Source: an uncultured bacterium
Lineage (GTDB): Bacteria > Verrucomicrobiota > Verrucomicrobiia > Limisphaerales > UBA8199
Direction: 5' to 3'
Assembly: GCA_963749495.1 (NCBI GenBank)
Contig: CAVVMW010000018.1
Span: 160,001-224,000, forward strand
DNA length: 64,000 bases
The first letter of the stretch is position 1. Each line of letters begins with the position of its first letter. The position numbers and the translations under genes were made by a program. The notes below the pieces were generated by a model that worked only from the letters and a program-made list of their open reading frames with translations, was not told where the DNA came from and did no database searches. This document shows, piece by piece, positions 45,331 to 56,046 of the stretch.

Positions 45331-46413
45331 ATGAAAGGCGCCCTTTTGAGCATGCTGTTATCGGCCTGGGTTGCTGTTGCGGCTTCGCCTTCACCGGCAC
45401 CCCCGTATCCTCACAGCACGGTCATCCGCAGCATTGTATGGCATTGGGAGACCTATACCTGTGCGGCGCTCGGAAGTGATCTGTGGCCGGTCGCCTGGGG
45501 ACCGGACGACCACCTTTACGCGGCCTGGGGCGACGGCGGCGGGTTCGGTGGCTCGGACACCGATGGGCGCGTGGCGCTGGGCTTTGCCCGCATCGAGGGC
45601 ACGCCCGACCACTGGCGCGGTTTCAACGTCAATGGCGGCAAAAATCCGGAGCACCCAGCCTCCTTCGCTCGGAAGGGCAAGACGACCGGAGTGGCCATCG
45701 TCGATGGCGTTTTCTATGCCATCGTGAACCTGGAGGACGGCGCCTGGCCCGATGTCAACCACGTGCTCGCCTGGTCCACCGACAACGGAGCTACCTGGGC
45801 CCGGGCCGAGTGGCTTTTTGCCCGGGGCGAGGGGAATTTCCAGCCGGCGAAGTTCCTCACCTTTGGAAGAGATTACGCCGGGCTGCCCGAGCCGCTCGCG
45901 GGCTATGTCTATATTTGCGGGCCCAAGCAATCGGCCGGCCGGGGCAGCGGCAATCGGCTCTATCTGGCCCGGGCGCCCAGGAACAGGCTGCGAGAGCGCG
46001 CTGCCTACGAGTTCTTTGAGAGGACCGACGCTGCCGGCCAACCGGTGTGGGTTGCCCAGAGCGCCCAGGCGCAGCCCGTCTTTGCCGATCCCAACGGCGT
46101 GACGCCCGGTTCGGTGGTCTATGACCCGGGGTTAAAGCGGTTTCTGCTCACCTGTTTCCATGCCGGGCCTGGTCAACTTGGCGTATTCGACGCGCCCAAT
46201 CCCTGGGGACCCTGGACGACCATTGCGTACTACGAGCACTGGGGCCACATGGGCGCCGAGGGCGAGGGCCTGACCTGCGGGTTTCCACAGAAATGGATGA
46301 GCGCCGACGGCCTGACGCTCTGGAGCATTTTCAGCGTGTACGGCGGCGGCGCAAAGCAGGGCATCAACGCCCATGACCGATTCAACCTGATCAAGGCCAC
46401 CCTCGAGCGGTGA
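45331..46413 (+). CDS. Secreted DUF4185-like beta-propeller protein
   Basis: Signal peptide; SDLWPVAW...WGDGGG; Asp-box-like STDNGATW; APNPWGPW. Confidence 0.65.
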   Translation: MKGALLSMLLSAWVAVAASPSPAPPYPHSTVIRSIVWHWETYTCAALGSDLWPVAWGPDDHLYAAWGDGGGFGGSDTDGRVALGFARIEGTPDHWRGFNVNGGKNPEHPASFARKGKTTGVAIVDGVFYAIVNLEDGAWPDVNHVLAWSTDNGATWARAEWLFARGEGNFQPAKFLTFGRDYAGLPEPLAGYVYICGPKQSAGRGSGNRLYLARAPRNRLRERAAYEFFERTDAAGQPVWVAQSAQAQPVFADPNGVTPGSVVYDPGLKRFLLTCFHAGPGQLGVFDAPNPWGPWTTIAYYEHWGHMGAEGEGLTCGFPQKWMSADGLTLWSIFSVYGGGAKQGINAHDRFNLIKATLER

Positions 46414-46517
46414 TCAAGCGTCAAAGACCGTCAAGCAGCCTTGGCCCAAATCCTCGTCTAAGAGTTTTGAGGAACCGCGGAATCCGTGTAATCCGTGGTC
46501 CATTCCACTCTTGGTTG

Positions 46518-47303
46518 CTACAGGCCCGGCTTGCGCCGCTGTCCGGCGAGGATGGCGGCGCCCAGGGCGCCGGTGAACTGCGGTTGCGGCGGCACCTGCA
46601 CAGGGCAGCCAAACGCCGTCTCAATCGCCCGCACCATGCCCCCCTGCAAGGCCACGCCGCCGGTGAAGAAGACCGGCGGCTGCACACACCGCCCAGCCAG
46701 CGCCAGCACCCGTTGAGCAATCGCATCCTGCACCCCGGCAGCGATGTCCGGCGGCGGCACCCCTTCGGCCAGCAGCCCGATGATCTCCGTCTCGGCGAAC
46801 ACCACGCACATGCTGCTGATGAGCGCCGGCTTGCGGCTTCCCCGGCTCAGCGCCCCCAGCGTGGCCGGGTCCACCCCGAGCCGCGCCGCCACCAACTCCA
46901 GGAAACGGCCGCTGCCCGCGGCGCAACGGTCGTTCATGGCAAAGTCGCGCACGCGTCCCCCGTTCTCCAGGGTGATGCACTTGCTGTCCTGTCCGCCGAT
47001 CTCGACGATGGTTCGGGCCTCCGGCGCCAGGTGATAGACGCCCTGGGCGTGGCAGGTGATCTCGGTGATGGTCGTATGGGCAAACCGTATCGCGTTGCGC
47101 CCGTAGCCCGTGGCGACAATGGCCCCCAGCCCGGCACGGTCCACGCCCGCCTCCCGGCATGTCCGATCGAGCACTTCCGCCGCCAGTCTTTCCAACTGCA
47201 CCCCCTGGTCGGCCAGCCCGCGGCCGACGGCCTCGCCCTTCTCCTTGTCGAAAAGCACCACCTTGGTCGAACGCGACCCCGCGTCAATGCCGGCGGAGAT
47301 CAT
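46518..47303 (-). CDS. 2-hydroxyacyl-CoA dehydratase activator (HgdC/BadFG ATPase)
   Basis: GIDAGSRSTK, ATGYGR, TEITCHA, IGGQDSK, MNDRCAAGSG, SMCVVFAETE. Confidence 0.93.
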   Translation of the reverse strand: MISAGIDAGSRSTKVVLFDKEKGEAVGRGLADQGVQLERLAAEVLDRTCREAGVDRAGLGAIVATGYGRNAIRFAHTTITEITCHAQGVYHLAPEARTIVEIGGQDSKCITLENGGRVRDFAMNDRCAAGSGRFLELVAARLGVDPATLGALSRGSRKPALISSMCVVFAETEIIGLLAEGVPPPDIAAGVQDAIAQRVLALAGRCVQPPVFFTGGVALQGGMVRAIETAFGCPVQVPPQPQFTGALGAAILAGQRRKPGL

Positions 47304-47512
47304 ACCCTGGAGTCTGACGTTGCACTTAGACCGCGTGGGCCGAGGGGCGAGGGGCGAGGGGCGAGGGGCGAGGGCCGGAGATCCACTCCCTCGACCCTCG
47401 CCCCGCCACCCTCGGGTGCCCGGCTCCCGATGGACCGACGTCTAATAACAGCCATAGCCCCACGTTATTGTTGTGGCCGGTTCTTGACAAGCCTTGGGTG
47501 GCCTGAGGGCGG

Positions 47513-47712
47513 GAATGACGAATGACGAATGACGAATGACGAAGGGTCCGGGAGCGCGCCTGTCCCCGGGCGCAGCGACGTCCGGAGCCAGAGCAGCGGT
47601 CAAACACTCCAGCGCGCCTGCCCGCTCCGTCGCTGCTGCGCCCGGGGACGGGCGCACCCCGGGGGCAGTGTCCATTCGTCATTCGTCATTCGTCATTCGT
47701 CATTCGTCATTT
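47513..47712. repeat. ~125-bp palindromic element (47548-47672) flanked by inverted (GAATGAC)n/(GTCATTC)n arrays
   Basis: Directly visible; homologous copy lies inside the kinase gene at ~61779-61901. Confidence 0.9.
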
Positions 47713-47767
47713 CCGAAGTCCCTCTTCCCCTATTGCGCCCTTTCGCCCGCGGTCATAACCTTCCTGC

Positions 47768-49012
47768 ATGGCAACGCTCCAACCGGCCCGTGCGCCGGCG
47801 CCCCTGGTCTCCTATGCCTGGGCGGTGGTGCTCATGCTCTGGCCGGTGGCGACCCTGAACTACCTGGACCGGATGATGGTCGCCACCATGCGCGCCTCGA
47901 TCCGCGCCGACATCCCCAGCATCGCCAACGACGCCCAGTTCGGGGTGCTGATGGCCTGGTTTATGTGGGTCTATGCCCTGCTCAGCCCGGTGGGCGGTTT
48001 CCTGGCCGACCGTTTCAACCGGCGATGGGCTGTCATTTCCAGCTTGTTTGTCTGGTCGGTGATGACCTGGCTCACGGGTCATGCCCGGACGTTCGAGCAG
48101 ATGGCCTGGGCGCGCGCCTTGATGGGCGTGAGCGAGGCCTGCTACATCCCGGCCGCCCTGGCGCTCATCGCCGACTTCCATCCCGGTGCCACCCGCTCCC
48201 GCGCGGTCGGCATCCACACCAGCGGCGTCTATGCAGGCCAGGCCCTGGGCGGGGTGGGCGGCTACATCGCCGACACCACCTCCTGGCGCAACGCCTTCTA
48301 TTGGTTTGGCCTGGCGGGGGTGCTGTATGCCGTCGTCCTGTTGGTTCTGCTCCGCGACGCGGCCCGGCCTGCGGACGCGCCCGCGGCCAAGGCCTCGCCG
48401 CTCAGCGTGCGGGCCACCTTGCAGGGCCTGTTCGGGGCGGCCGGCTTCATCATCTTGATCATCTATTTTACCCTTCCCGCCATGCCGGGGTGGGCGGTGA
48501 AAAACTGGCTGCCGACCCACTTGGCGGCAGCGTTCGGCCTCAGGCAGGGCCCCGCCGGGCTTTCGGCGACGGGATATGTCACGCTGGCTTCGTTGTGCGG
48601 GGCGCTGCTGGGAGGGGTCCTGGCAGACCGCTGGGTGCGCGCGACCCCGCGGGGGCGCATCTTCACCAGCGCCCTTGGCACGGCCCTCTGCGTGCCGGCC
48701 CTGCTCGGCCTCGGCTTCGCCCCCTCGCTTGCCGTTGCGCTTGCGGGCATGGTGCTCTTCGGCCTGGGCTTCGGGATCTTCGACGCCAACAGCATGCCGA
48801 TCCTCTGCCAACTGGTCCGGCCCGAGTACCGCGCCACAGGCTACGGCGTCATGAACCTGGTCAGCATCAGCGCCGGCGCCTGCGTCACCTGGGGACTGGG
48901 CGCCCTGCGCGACCACGGCATCTCACTCGGCGTCGCTTTCACCCTCTCCGCCCTCCTGGCCGCCCTGGGCGCCGCGCTCATCCTGTGCGTGCGGCCCAGC
49001 GGAGACAGATAG
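47768..49012 (+). CDS. MFS transporter
   Basis: LNYLDR; GGFLADRFNRR; multiple TM segments. Confidence 0.93.
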   Translation: MATLQPARAPAPLVSYAWAVVLMLWPVATLNYLDRMMVATMRASIRADIPSIANDAQFGVLMAWFMWVYALLSPVGGFLADRFNRRWAVISSLFVWSVMTWLTGHARTFEQMAWARALMGVSEACYIPAALALIADFHPGATRSRAVGIHTSGVYAGQALGGVGGYIADTTSWRNAFYWFGLAGVLYAVVLLVLLRDAARPADAPAAKASPLSVRATLQGLFGAAGFIILIIYFTLPAMPGWAVKNWLPTHLAAAFGLRQGPAGLSATGYVTLASLCGALLGGVLADRWVRATPRGRIFTSALGTALCVPALLGLGFAPSLAVALAGMVLFGLGFGIFDANSMPILCQLVRPEYRATGYGVMNLVSISAGACVTWGLGALRDHGISLGVAFTLSALLAALGAALILCVRPSGDR

Positions 49013-49126
49013 CAAAACCCGAAATCCGAATGTTCAAAACTCGCCCGTCGCGCCGGAAGGCGACGTGGTTAAGGGAGGAGATGTCCAAGATTGCCAAAGA
49101 TAGCTATGCCGTGCTATGCTCGTGTT

Positions 49127-49396
49127 ATGAAGACACAGGCGCTCAACGTGAACCTGACAGTAGAACTGCGCCGTTATCTCAAGGACCAAGTGCGCGCCGG
49201 CCGATACCAAAACGAGAATGAAGTCGTGCGCGACGCCATCCGCCAGATGCAGCAGCGCGAGATCGAGCAATTCCAACGGCTTTTTGGCGAGTACCCTGGC
49301 GCTCCTCAAGGCGAACCGACATCCGAAGACGACGAGGCCATCAAAACCGCCATCCACCGCCACCGCGATGCCAAGCGCGCAGGACAGGCGGCATGA
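49127..49396 (+). CDS. ParD-like ribbon-helix-helix antitoxin
   Basis: LNVNLT...QVRAGRYQNENEVVRDAIR. Confidence 0.82.
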   Translation: MKTQALNVNLTVELRRYLKDQVRAGRYQNENEVVRDAIRQMQQREIEQFQRLFGEYPGAPQGEPTSEDDEAIKTAIHRHRDAKRAGQAA

Positions 49397-49479
49397 TCAA
49401 TCCGGACCTGGGCAAACCGTTCGGGATCGAGATGATCACACCCGCCGGCCTTCTGGCCAGGCTGCGCCAAAGCTACTGA
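49393..49479 (+). pseudogene. Probable deleted PIN-toxin remnant (28 aa)
   Basis: ATGA overlap with the antitoxin; MINPDLGKPFGIEMITPAGLL resembles a PIN toxin C-terminus. Confidence 0.5.
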
Positions 49480-49514
49480 GCCGCCTCGACGAAAGGGACA
49501 AAAGGGACGCGCTC

Positions 49515-50171
49515 CTACGCATCAGGCCCCAGCGCCCCCACGACCTGCGCCAGGACTTCCGCCAGTCTCCTTGCGGCAGACCGGCTCTGCTTTTGGAGTT
49601 CGAGCAGCGCGCCCACCCTGCCGGGGGATTTCGCCAAGGCCAGGGCGAGTTTGAAGGGGTCCAGTCGTTGATCGGGCGTCATGAGACGATTGAAATCCAG
49701 GGGCAGGTCCTGGCCCGGGCCGTCCAGGATGACGCGCACAGTCGCGCAAGGGATTTGTTGCTCGCGGCAAATGGCGCAAATGACTTGCGATTCCATTTCG
49801 ATCGCATCGGCGCCGGTCGCCAGCCAGGCGGCACGCTTTTCGGCCGCACCACCGATCACCTGTTTCGCGCAATGAAAGCGCACCGGCCTGGCCCCCGTGG
49901 AGGCCAGGGCCCGCTCCAGCTCCGGCGGCCCCTGGGCAGCATAGACGACCGTGCCTGGCGCCACCTCCGGGTTAAGGCCGCCCGCAAAGCCGCAGCTCAG
50001 GACCAGGCCCGGGCGCTCGCCGGCCAGGGCCGTCCGCACCGACCGCTCGGCGTTAAGCCATCCCAGGCCCGTGAGCGCTAGCCGGACGCGGGGCATCTTC
50101 GACGCCAGGGCTTCGAAGGCCCTCGCCTCCGTCTTCAGCGCGAAGAGAACGAGGATCGTTTTGGAAATCAT
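49515..50171 (-). CDS. Nucleoside phosphorylase-like protein (HpnG/PNP_UDP family)
   Basis: TGLG, SCGFAGGL, AIEMES, VRVILD. Confidence 0.82.
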   Translation of the reverse strand: MISKTILVLFALKTEARAFEALASKMPRVRLALTGLGWLNAERSVRTALAGERPGLVLSCGFAGGLNPEVAPGTVVYAAQGPPELERALASTGARPVRFHCAKQVIGGAAEKRAAWLATGADAIEMESQVICAICREQQIPCATVRVILDGPGQDLPLDFNRLMTPDQRLDPFKLALALAKSPGRVGALLELQKQSRSAARRLAEVLAQVVGALGPDA

Positions 50172-50303
50172 TCGTCGTTGGTCGTTCCGCGCGTCGGACC
50201 GGTCTGACGAGTCGGACGGGTCAGACCGCCCCCCCTCCGCGTTCGTCATTCGTCATTCGTCATTCGTCATTCCCCTCCGCACTCCGCACTCCGCACTCCG
50301 CAC

Positions 50304-51022
50304 TCACTTGATTCCCGACAACCGGCCCCTCCAGATCTGGTAAAGGAGCACCGTGGCCCGCACGTCGCGCAGGCAGTACTCGGCCACCTCGCGGTAATGG
50401 CCGGCCGCGATGAGCGAATTGACATCCAGGCCGGTCACGCCGTGGCTCTTGGGCGATTCGATGCCGAAGGCCTTGCAGTAGAAATCCAGGTTGAACTTGC
50501 GCGCCGCCCCTTCCCGCCCGCTGACGCCGTAGAACGTGAGCTGCTCGGCCAGGTCGCAATGGGGGTCGGTCTGGAACCGGTAGCCCAGCCAGTCTTTGCG
50601 CGAGATCGGCACGTTCAACAGCGCCGAGCGCAGGTAGATGAACGGCACGTCGAAACCCCGCCCGTTGAACGTCACGATCGTCTCGTAGTGTTTGGCCACG
50701 TCCCAGAAGGCGGTCAGCAGCTCGATCTCATCCATGCAGGCCACGAACTCGACCGGGCCGGCCTCGTCGGCGTCCTCCTGGTAATCGGCCGCCGTGAAGA
50801 GCACCTGTCCTCGCGAGGTGTCGGCGTTGAGCATGGCGATGCAGACCACCTGGGCCGTGAAGGGCCAGAGGTTGAATTGCTGCAGGATCTCCGCGTGGCG
50901 CAGGGCCCGGGCGGCTCATCGCCGATCTTCTCGCACTCGCGGAAGAGGTACTCCTGCTGCGCCTCGTCGAACTGGCCGAGCGGCAGCGCGGAGGTCTCGA
51001 TGTCGAACACCAGCTTGGCCAT
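50304..51022 (-). CDS. PolB-like 3'-5' exonuclease; frameshift near 50915
   Basis: LVFDIET, VTFNGRGFDVPF, EYCLRDV. Confidence 0.87.
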
Positions 51023-51396
51023 GGCGCCCTCTTGTTCAACGGCCCGGTTCGACGATCCTTGCCTCGCCCCAAGGCCGCAACAAGGACGTCAATGCCAACC
51101 ACGTTCGCCAATCCAGTCTCAGCCTTTTCATGCCCTGCAAGGTGTACCCAAAGGCCGGGAATAGTCACTCACAAACTCACCGCCGACGTAGGGTCAGTGA
51201 AGGCGGGGGTGACACCCCGGGCAGACCCCTCACCCCGACCCTCTCCCCTTCCGAAGGGGAGAGGGAGAAGTCTCGGCAGTCTCTGAGAATTCCAGGCGTC
51301 TCCCTCTTCTCAAGCCGCTGTTGACAATCCTCCCTCTCCCCTTCGGAAGGGGAGAGGGCTGGGGTGAGGGGTTCGCCGGGGACTCCGTTTCCGCCT

Positions 51397-51720
51397 TCAC
51401 TGACCGATTGCCCGCCGCCGGCGGATCAGGACTCCGGCCAGCAAGCCCAGGGCGAAGGCAAATCCAGCGCAGGAATAGGGGTACTGGCGCATGACCTTGT
51501 CGGTGGCCAGGGCGGCGGCCACGGCTTGGCCCTTGACCTGCGCGCAGGTGTCCTTGAGGCGCTGGAGGCGCGTGCAAATCTCCTCCCTCGACTCCGCGCC
51601 CAGGTGAACGCTGCTGGCTTGGGCAAACTCATCGGCTCCCTGCACGACCAGCATCAGGTTGTCCACCAATCCCTCGAGCGAGGTGTCCTCGGAAATCAGG
51701 TCCTTGTAATACAGTTCCAT
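51397..51720 (-). CDS. DUF883/ElaB-like membrane-anchored protein
   Basis: ATDKVMRQYPY...FALGLLAGVLIRRR. Confidence 0.8.
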   Translation of the reverse strand: MELYYKDLISEDTSLEGLVDNLMLVVQGADEFAQASSVHLGAESREEICTRLQRLKDTCAQVKGQAVAAALATDKVMRQYPYSCAGFAFALGLLAGVLIRRRRAIGQ

Positions 51721-51834
51721 GCTTTTCTTTCTGGCAAGAGTGTCAGGCCAATTTGCGGGAAAAGCAACTGCGCAGGCACAATCCACAGCAGCAAGACCCT
51801 TGCCCCCGGCCGGGCGGTTTGGCAGGATGGGGAT

Positions 51835-52884
51835 ATGCGAGCGGCTCTTCAATGTTCTGACGTTCCTGTGCTCCTGCGCTCCCGCGTCCTGCTGAGCGCG
51901 CTGTGGCTCGTGCTGGCCCTGCCGCTCCCTGTGCCGGGCGGCCAGAAACTGCGCCTCGAGCGGGCCGCGGAGTACACCGGCATGGCCGATGCCTCGGGGG
52001 CCGTGGCGGTCAACTCGAACCTCTTTGTCGTCGCCGACGATGAACACAACGTGCTGCGCGTCTATCGCGCGGACCGGCCCGGGCCGCCGGTCAGCGAGTT
52101 CGATTTCGACGCCTTCCTCGAGGTCGAAGCCAAGTCGCCCGAGGCGGATTTGGAGGCCGGCGCCCGCATCGGGGACCGCGCCTTCTGGATCGGCTCCCAC
52201 GGGCGGAACCGCGTCGGCAAGCTGCGCCTCAACCGCTGCCGCTTCTTTGCGACCGACATCAAGCTGGCGGACGGGCAGGTCACGCTCGTTGCGGCAGGCA
52301 AACCCTGCAAGACCCTGCTCGATGACCTGGAGAGTGACCCGCAGTATGCGCCGTTCCACCTCGAGGAAGCCGCCCTGCACGCGCCCAAGGACTTGGAGGC
52401 GCTCAATATCGAGGGCCTTTCCGCGACGCCCGAGGGGCATCTGCTGGTCGGGTTCCGCAACCCCGTGCCCCAAAAAAAGGCGCTGCTGGCCCCCCTCCTC
52501 AATCCCAACGAGGTCATCGCCGGCCACCCCGCCAGGTTCGGCGCCCCCATCCTCCTCGACCTGGCCGGATTGGGCATCCGCGACATCGCCCTCTGCAAGG
52601 ACACCTACCTCATCATTGCCGGGTCCTGGCACGGCGGCGGCCCTTTCCAACTCTACCGCTGGAAAGGCCCCGGCACCGAACCGGAACCCCTCACGGTGAA
52701 GCACCTGGAAAGATACCAGCCCGAGGCGATTATCATCTATCCCCAAACCGGCCTGCGCGAGGTCCAGATCCTCAGCGACAACGGCACCCGCCTCATTGAC
52801 GGCGTGCCGGCCAAGCTGCTGCCGGATCCGCGCCGCCGGGCCTTCCGCAGCTTCTGGGTAGTCGAACAAAAGGCTAAAGGCTGA
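51835..52884 (+). CDS. DUF3616-like secreted protein
   Basis: DASGAV, VADDE, DLEAG, WIGSHG, NIEGL, GFRNP. Confidence 0.75.
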   Translation: MRAALQCSDVPVLLRSRVLLSALWLVLALPLPVPGGQKLRLERAAEYTGMADASGAVAVNSNLFVVADDEHNVLRVYRADRPGPPVSEFDFDAFLEVEAKSPEADLEAGARIGDRAFWIGSHGRNRVGKLRLNRCRFFATDIKLADGQVTLVAAGKPCKTLLDDLESDPQYAPFHLEEAALHAPKDLEALNIEGLSATPEGHLLVGFRNPVPQKKALLAPLLNPNEVIAGHPARFGAPILLDLAGLGIRDIALCKDTYLIIAGSWHGGGPFQLYRWKGPGTEPEPLTVKHLERYQPEAIIIYPQTGLREVQILSDNGTRLIDGVPAKLLPDPRRRAFRSFWVVEQKAKG

Positions 52885-53238
52885 AGGCTAAAGGCTAAAG
52901 GCTAAACGGCGGACGGCAAGAACGTGTGGCCGGCTCCCCATCCAAGGGTGCTCCGCCTGCCTCCTTGAGCCACTGGCTTTGGGTGCAGGCAGCTACCACC
53001 ACGGGAGAGGGAACCGCGGGTCACGGATCAGCAGCCCGAAGGGCTTATGATCACTCAGCCCAGGGTTGAACGAAGCCGCTACGCGGCGGAGAAGACGGAA
53101 CTGCTGCGGCTCCGCAGTTCGCAGGCTGGAGGGCTGGTTTTGCGTTGGCCTATGGCCGGGACTCCCACAGACTGATGACGGTTCGCCGTGCATTGACGCA
53201 CGGCAAACCGTCACCATTAACTTGTAGGTACCGCAGCT

Positions 53239-54129
53239 ATGGATATAAAAAAAGTTCTCCTCACGCAATCCTGAACCGCTTTGCCGATGACCTGATTCTG
53301 CTGCCGCTCCAGCCCCGAAGCCAAGAGATCTACTGGGTCTGTGTGCGCCAACTCTCCGATCACTTTGAGCGCTCGCCCAACTTGGTCAGCGCCGAGGAAC
53401 TCCGCCAGTATTTCATCCATCTCAAGACCCAGCGGCACTTGGCCCGCCAAACCTCCACGCAGGCTTTGTGTGCCATCAAACTCTTCTGGGAGAAAACCCT
53501 CCAGCGGCCCTGGCAGGCGGAACTGGAGTTTGTGCGCGCCACACCCCAATTCAAGCTGCCAGTTATCCTCTCGGCCGCCGAGGTGCGCACAATTATCGCC
53601 CGGGTTGCCCCTCTGGACCATCGGGTCGCCCTGACAACGATCTACTCCTGTGGCCTGCGCTTGGGCGAAGCCGTCAACCTGGAAGTCGGCGACATCGATT
53701 CCCGAACGGATGTTCCTCCACATCCGGGCGGGCAAAGGCAACCGCAACCGTTACGTGCCCTTGCCCCAGCGCACGCTCGAACTGCTGCGCGAGCTCTGGC
53801 GCAGCCACCGCCATCCACGATGGCTCTTCCCAGCTAAAGGCCACAGCGGTCTGGGCGCTGCTACCGCCACAGAGCCCATGGACCGCAGCACGCTGCAACA
53901 AGCCTTCCGCCGGGCCCTGCGCGCCAGCGGCATCAGGAAGGCCGCCCACATTCATACGCTGCGCCACAGCTATGCCACCCACCTGCTGGAGCAAGGCGAA
54001 AACCTCCGCCAATTGCAGGTCAACCTCGGCCATCACAGCCCCGTCACCACCGTCATCTACACCCACTTAACCACCCTCTGTCAGACTCAGCACCAGCAGC
54101 GCATTAACAAATTCATGGGCAACCTCTAG
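53239..54129 (+). CDS. Tyrosine recombinase, copy 2; +1 frameshift near 53704
   Basis: Near-identical to copy 1; gattcccGaacgg versus gattcccaacgg. Confidence 0.85.
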
Positions 54130-54140
54130 GCGGCCTCTAA

Positions 54141-55382
54141 ATGGCCGCAGCCGCTCAGCGCAGCGGCAGCTCCTTATCCGTCCACGACGTGTTGTGCCGA
54201 TGGGCTCCGGCCTATCTGGAGCAGTTCGGAGCTGCCATGCCCACCCGCCAGCGCCAGGTGCTGCAAAACCTTTTGGTTTGCCGCACCGCGGCCCTGGGCG
54301 GGGCGATGTACTATTGCCCCAAGTGCAACCACCGCCACTTCAGCTACCACTCCTGCAACGACCGGCACTGTCCGCAGTGCGGCGGCCAGGATGCCCAGCA
54401 GTGGCTCGATGAGAATAGCGCCCTGTTGCTGCCGGTGAACTATTTCCTGCTCACCTTCACCGTGCCCGAAGGCTTGCGCCGCTGGATTCGCTCTCACCCC
54501 CAAAAGGGCTATGACCTGCTCCTGGCCGCCAGTTCCCAGGCCCTGCAGGATCTGGCTCAAAATCCCAAACGCCTCGGCGCCACCCTCGGTATGCTGGGGG
54601 TGCTCCACACCTGGACGCGCACCCTCGAATACCATCCCCACGTCCACTACCTGGTCCCCGGCGGCGGCCTCAGCCCGGACCAGCGCCAGTGGATCTCCAG
54701 CCGCCCTCGGTTCCTGTTGCCGGTCAAAGCCCTGAGCGATCGCTGCCGCACGCTTTACCAGGCGGCACTCCAAAAGCAGATGCCCGAGGCCCTTGCCCTC
54801 CTGCCGGCCAAAGTCTGGCAGCAACGCTGGGTCGTTCACAGCGCTGCTGTCGGCAGGGGCCAAAACGCGTTGCGCTACCTCAGCCGTTACGTGTTTAAAA
54901 CCGCCACCGGCAATCGCCAACTCCAATTGCTGCCTGACGGACGCTTGCGCTGGCCCTTCCGCCACAGTGCCACGGGGGCTTGGGGCCACATGGACATGGC
55001 CCCCTTCGAGTTCCTCCGCCGCTTCCTCCAGCACGTCCTGCCGCTCAGATTCCATCGGGTCCGCCGCTTTGGCTGGCTCCATCCCGGGGGCCGCGCCCAG
55101 TTCAACCGCGTCCGAGCCCTGCTCAAAATACCGCCCTTACTCTCCGCGGCCGAGAAAGCCGCTTGGCAGCCTCCGACCTCCAGCCCGCCGACTGACCCGC
55201 CCTTGGCCGCTCAAGGAGTCTGCGCCCAGCCCACACCCCTGCCTGTCCGGCAGGCAGGCCTGCTTTGTCCGCATTGTGGCACCGGGCTGGTCCTGGTCGG
55301 CTCCTGGCGCCCAGGACAAAAGGTCATCTCCTTGCCCGACGGCTCCCCCGTCGGCGTCCGCCGCACCATCAGGCCGCCATGA
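54141..55382 (+). CDS. IS91-family Y2 transposase, copy 2
   Basis: HPHVH, YLSRY; 7-aa insertion relative to copy 1. Confidence 0.93.
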   Translation: MAAAAQRSGSSLSVHDVLCRWAPAYLEQFGAAMPTRQRQVLQNLLVCRTAALGGAMYYCPKCNHRHFSYHSCNDRHCPQCGGQDAQQWLDENSALLLPVNYFLLTFTVPEGLRRWIRSHPQKGYDLLLAASSQALQDLAQNPKRLGATLGMLGVLHTWTRTLEYHPHVHYLVPGGGLSPDQRQWISSRPRFLLPVKALSDRCRTLYQAALQKQMPEALALLPAKVWQQRWVVHSAAVGRGQNALRYLSRYVFKTATGNRQLQLLPDGRLRWPFRHSATGAWGHMDMAPFEFLRRFLQHVLPLRFHRVRRFGWLHPGGRAQFNRVRALLKIPPLLSAAEKAAWQPPTSSPPTDPPLAAQGVCAQPTPLPVRQAGLLCPHCGTGLVLVGSWRPGQKVISLPDGSPVGVRRTIRPP

Positions 55383-55779
55383 AAACTACGCCCTGGACCA
55401 CCTCACTGCTCGTTCCGGCTGGGGGGCCAACTCCCACCCCCGCGCTTTGTTCGCGTGGCACCCGCTTGAGCGTCCCAACTGGCCAGTGGCCAATCCCGGA
55501 GCCTCGACAACGCTGCCGCCCCGTCAGCACCGGGACTGGCGCAGGTTGGCACGGCTCTGGCCCGTCCCCAAAAGCCTCGACCGCAGACCGTAGTCAAAGG
55601 CAAATCCAGGACTTTCCGCAGTACCCCCAAGGATGGCCCAACGAACCTTGGGCCGCGGCTTCGTTCAACCCAGGAATGTAGAGAACACGGGGGCGGACCC
55701 AACTTCTCCAAAGTCACTTCTGTATTCCCGAGTCCCGCCTTATCTCGCCCCCGCGTTCTCTACATTCCTTTTTCTGTTG

Positions 55780-55940
55780 CGCGGAACGCGCTACCCTGGG
55801 TCGCGCGCGCTCTGCTCAACTACCCTGAAAGGGTTGCATCGCTGCTGAAACTTGCAGGGTTTTCAAATTGGTGGCCTCAAACCCAGGGTAGCGCCTTTGG
55901 CGCAACCCTGGGCTGAGTGATTTCCATCCCTTCGGGATGG
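55780..55940. repeat. Right part of the REP cluster split by copy 2
   Basis: cgcggaacgcgctaccctggg...caaccctgggctgagtgat...cccttcggg. Confidence 0.88.
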
Positions 55941-56046
55941 TCGGCAAACCGGTGGTCGCGCCCAGTCGCTTGTGCCGTGGCGGTACGGGCACGATACAGC
56001 CACCGGTTTCTGCCTTTAGCCTTTAGCCTTTAGCCTTCAGCCTTTC

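Larger units (their letters stand above)
53065..55779 (+). mobile_element. Tyrosine integrase + IS91-like Y2 transposase element, copy 2, inserted in a REP hairpin
   Basis: Same ends and same REP junctions as copy 1. Confidence 0.9.

Noticed and set aside
30230..53064. Composite transposon bounded by the two element copies
   Set aside because: Each copy sits inside its own complete REP cluster, indicating separate insertions
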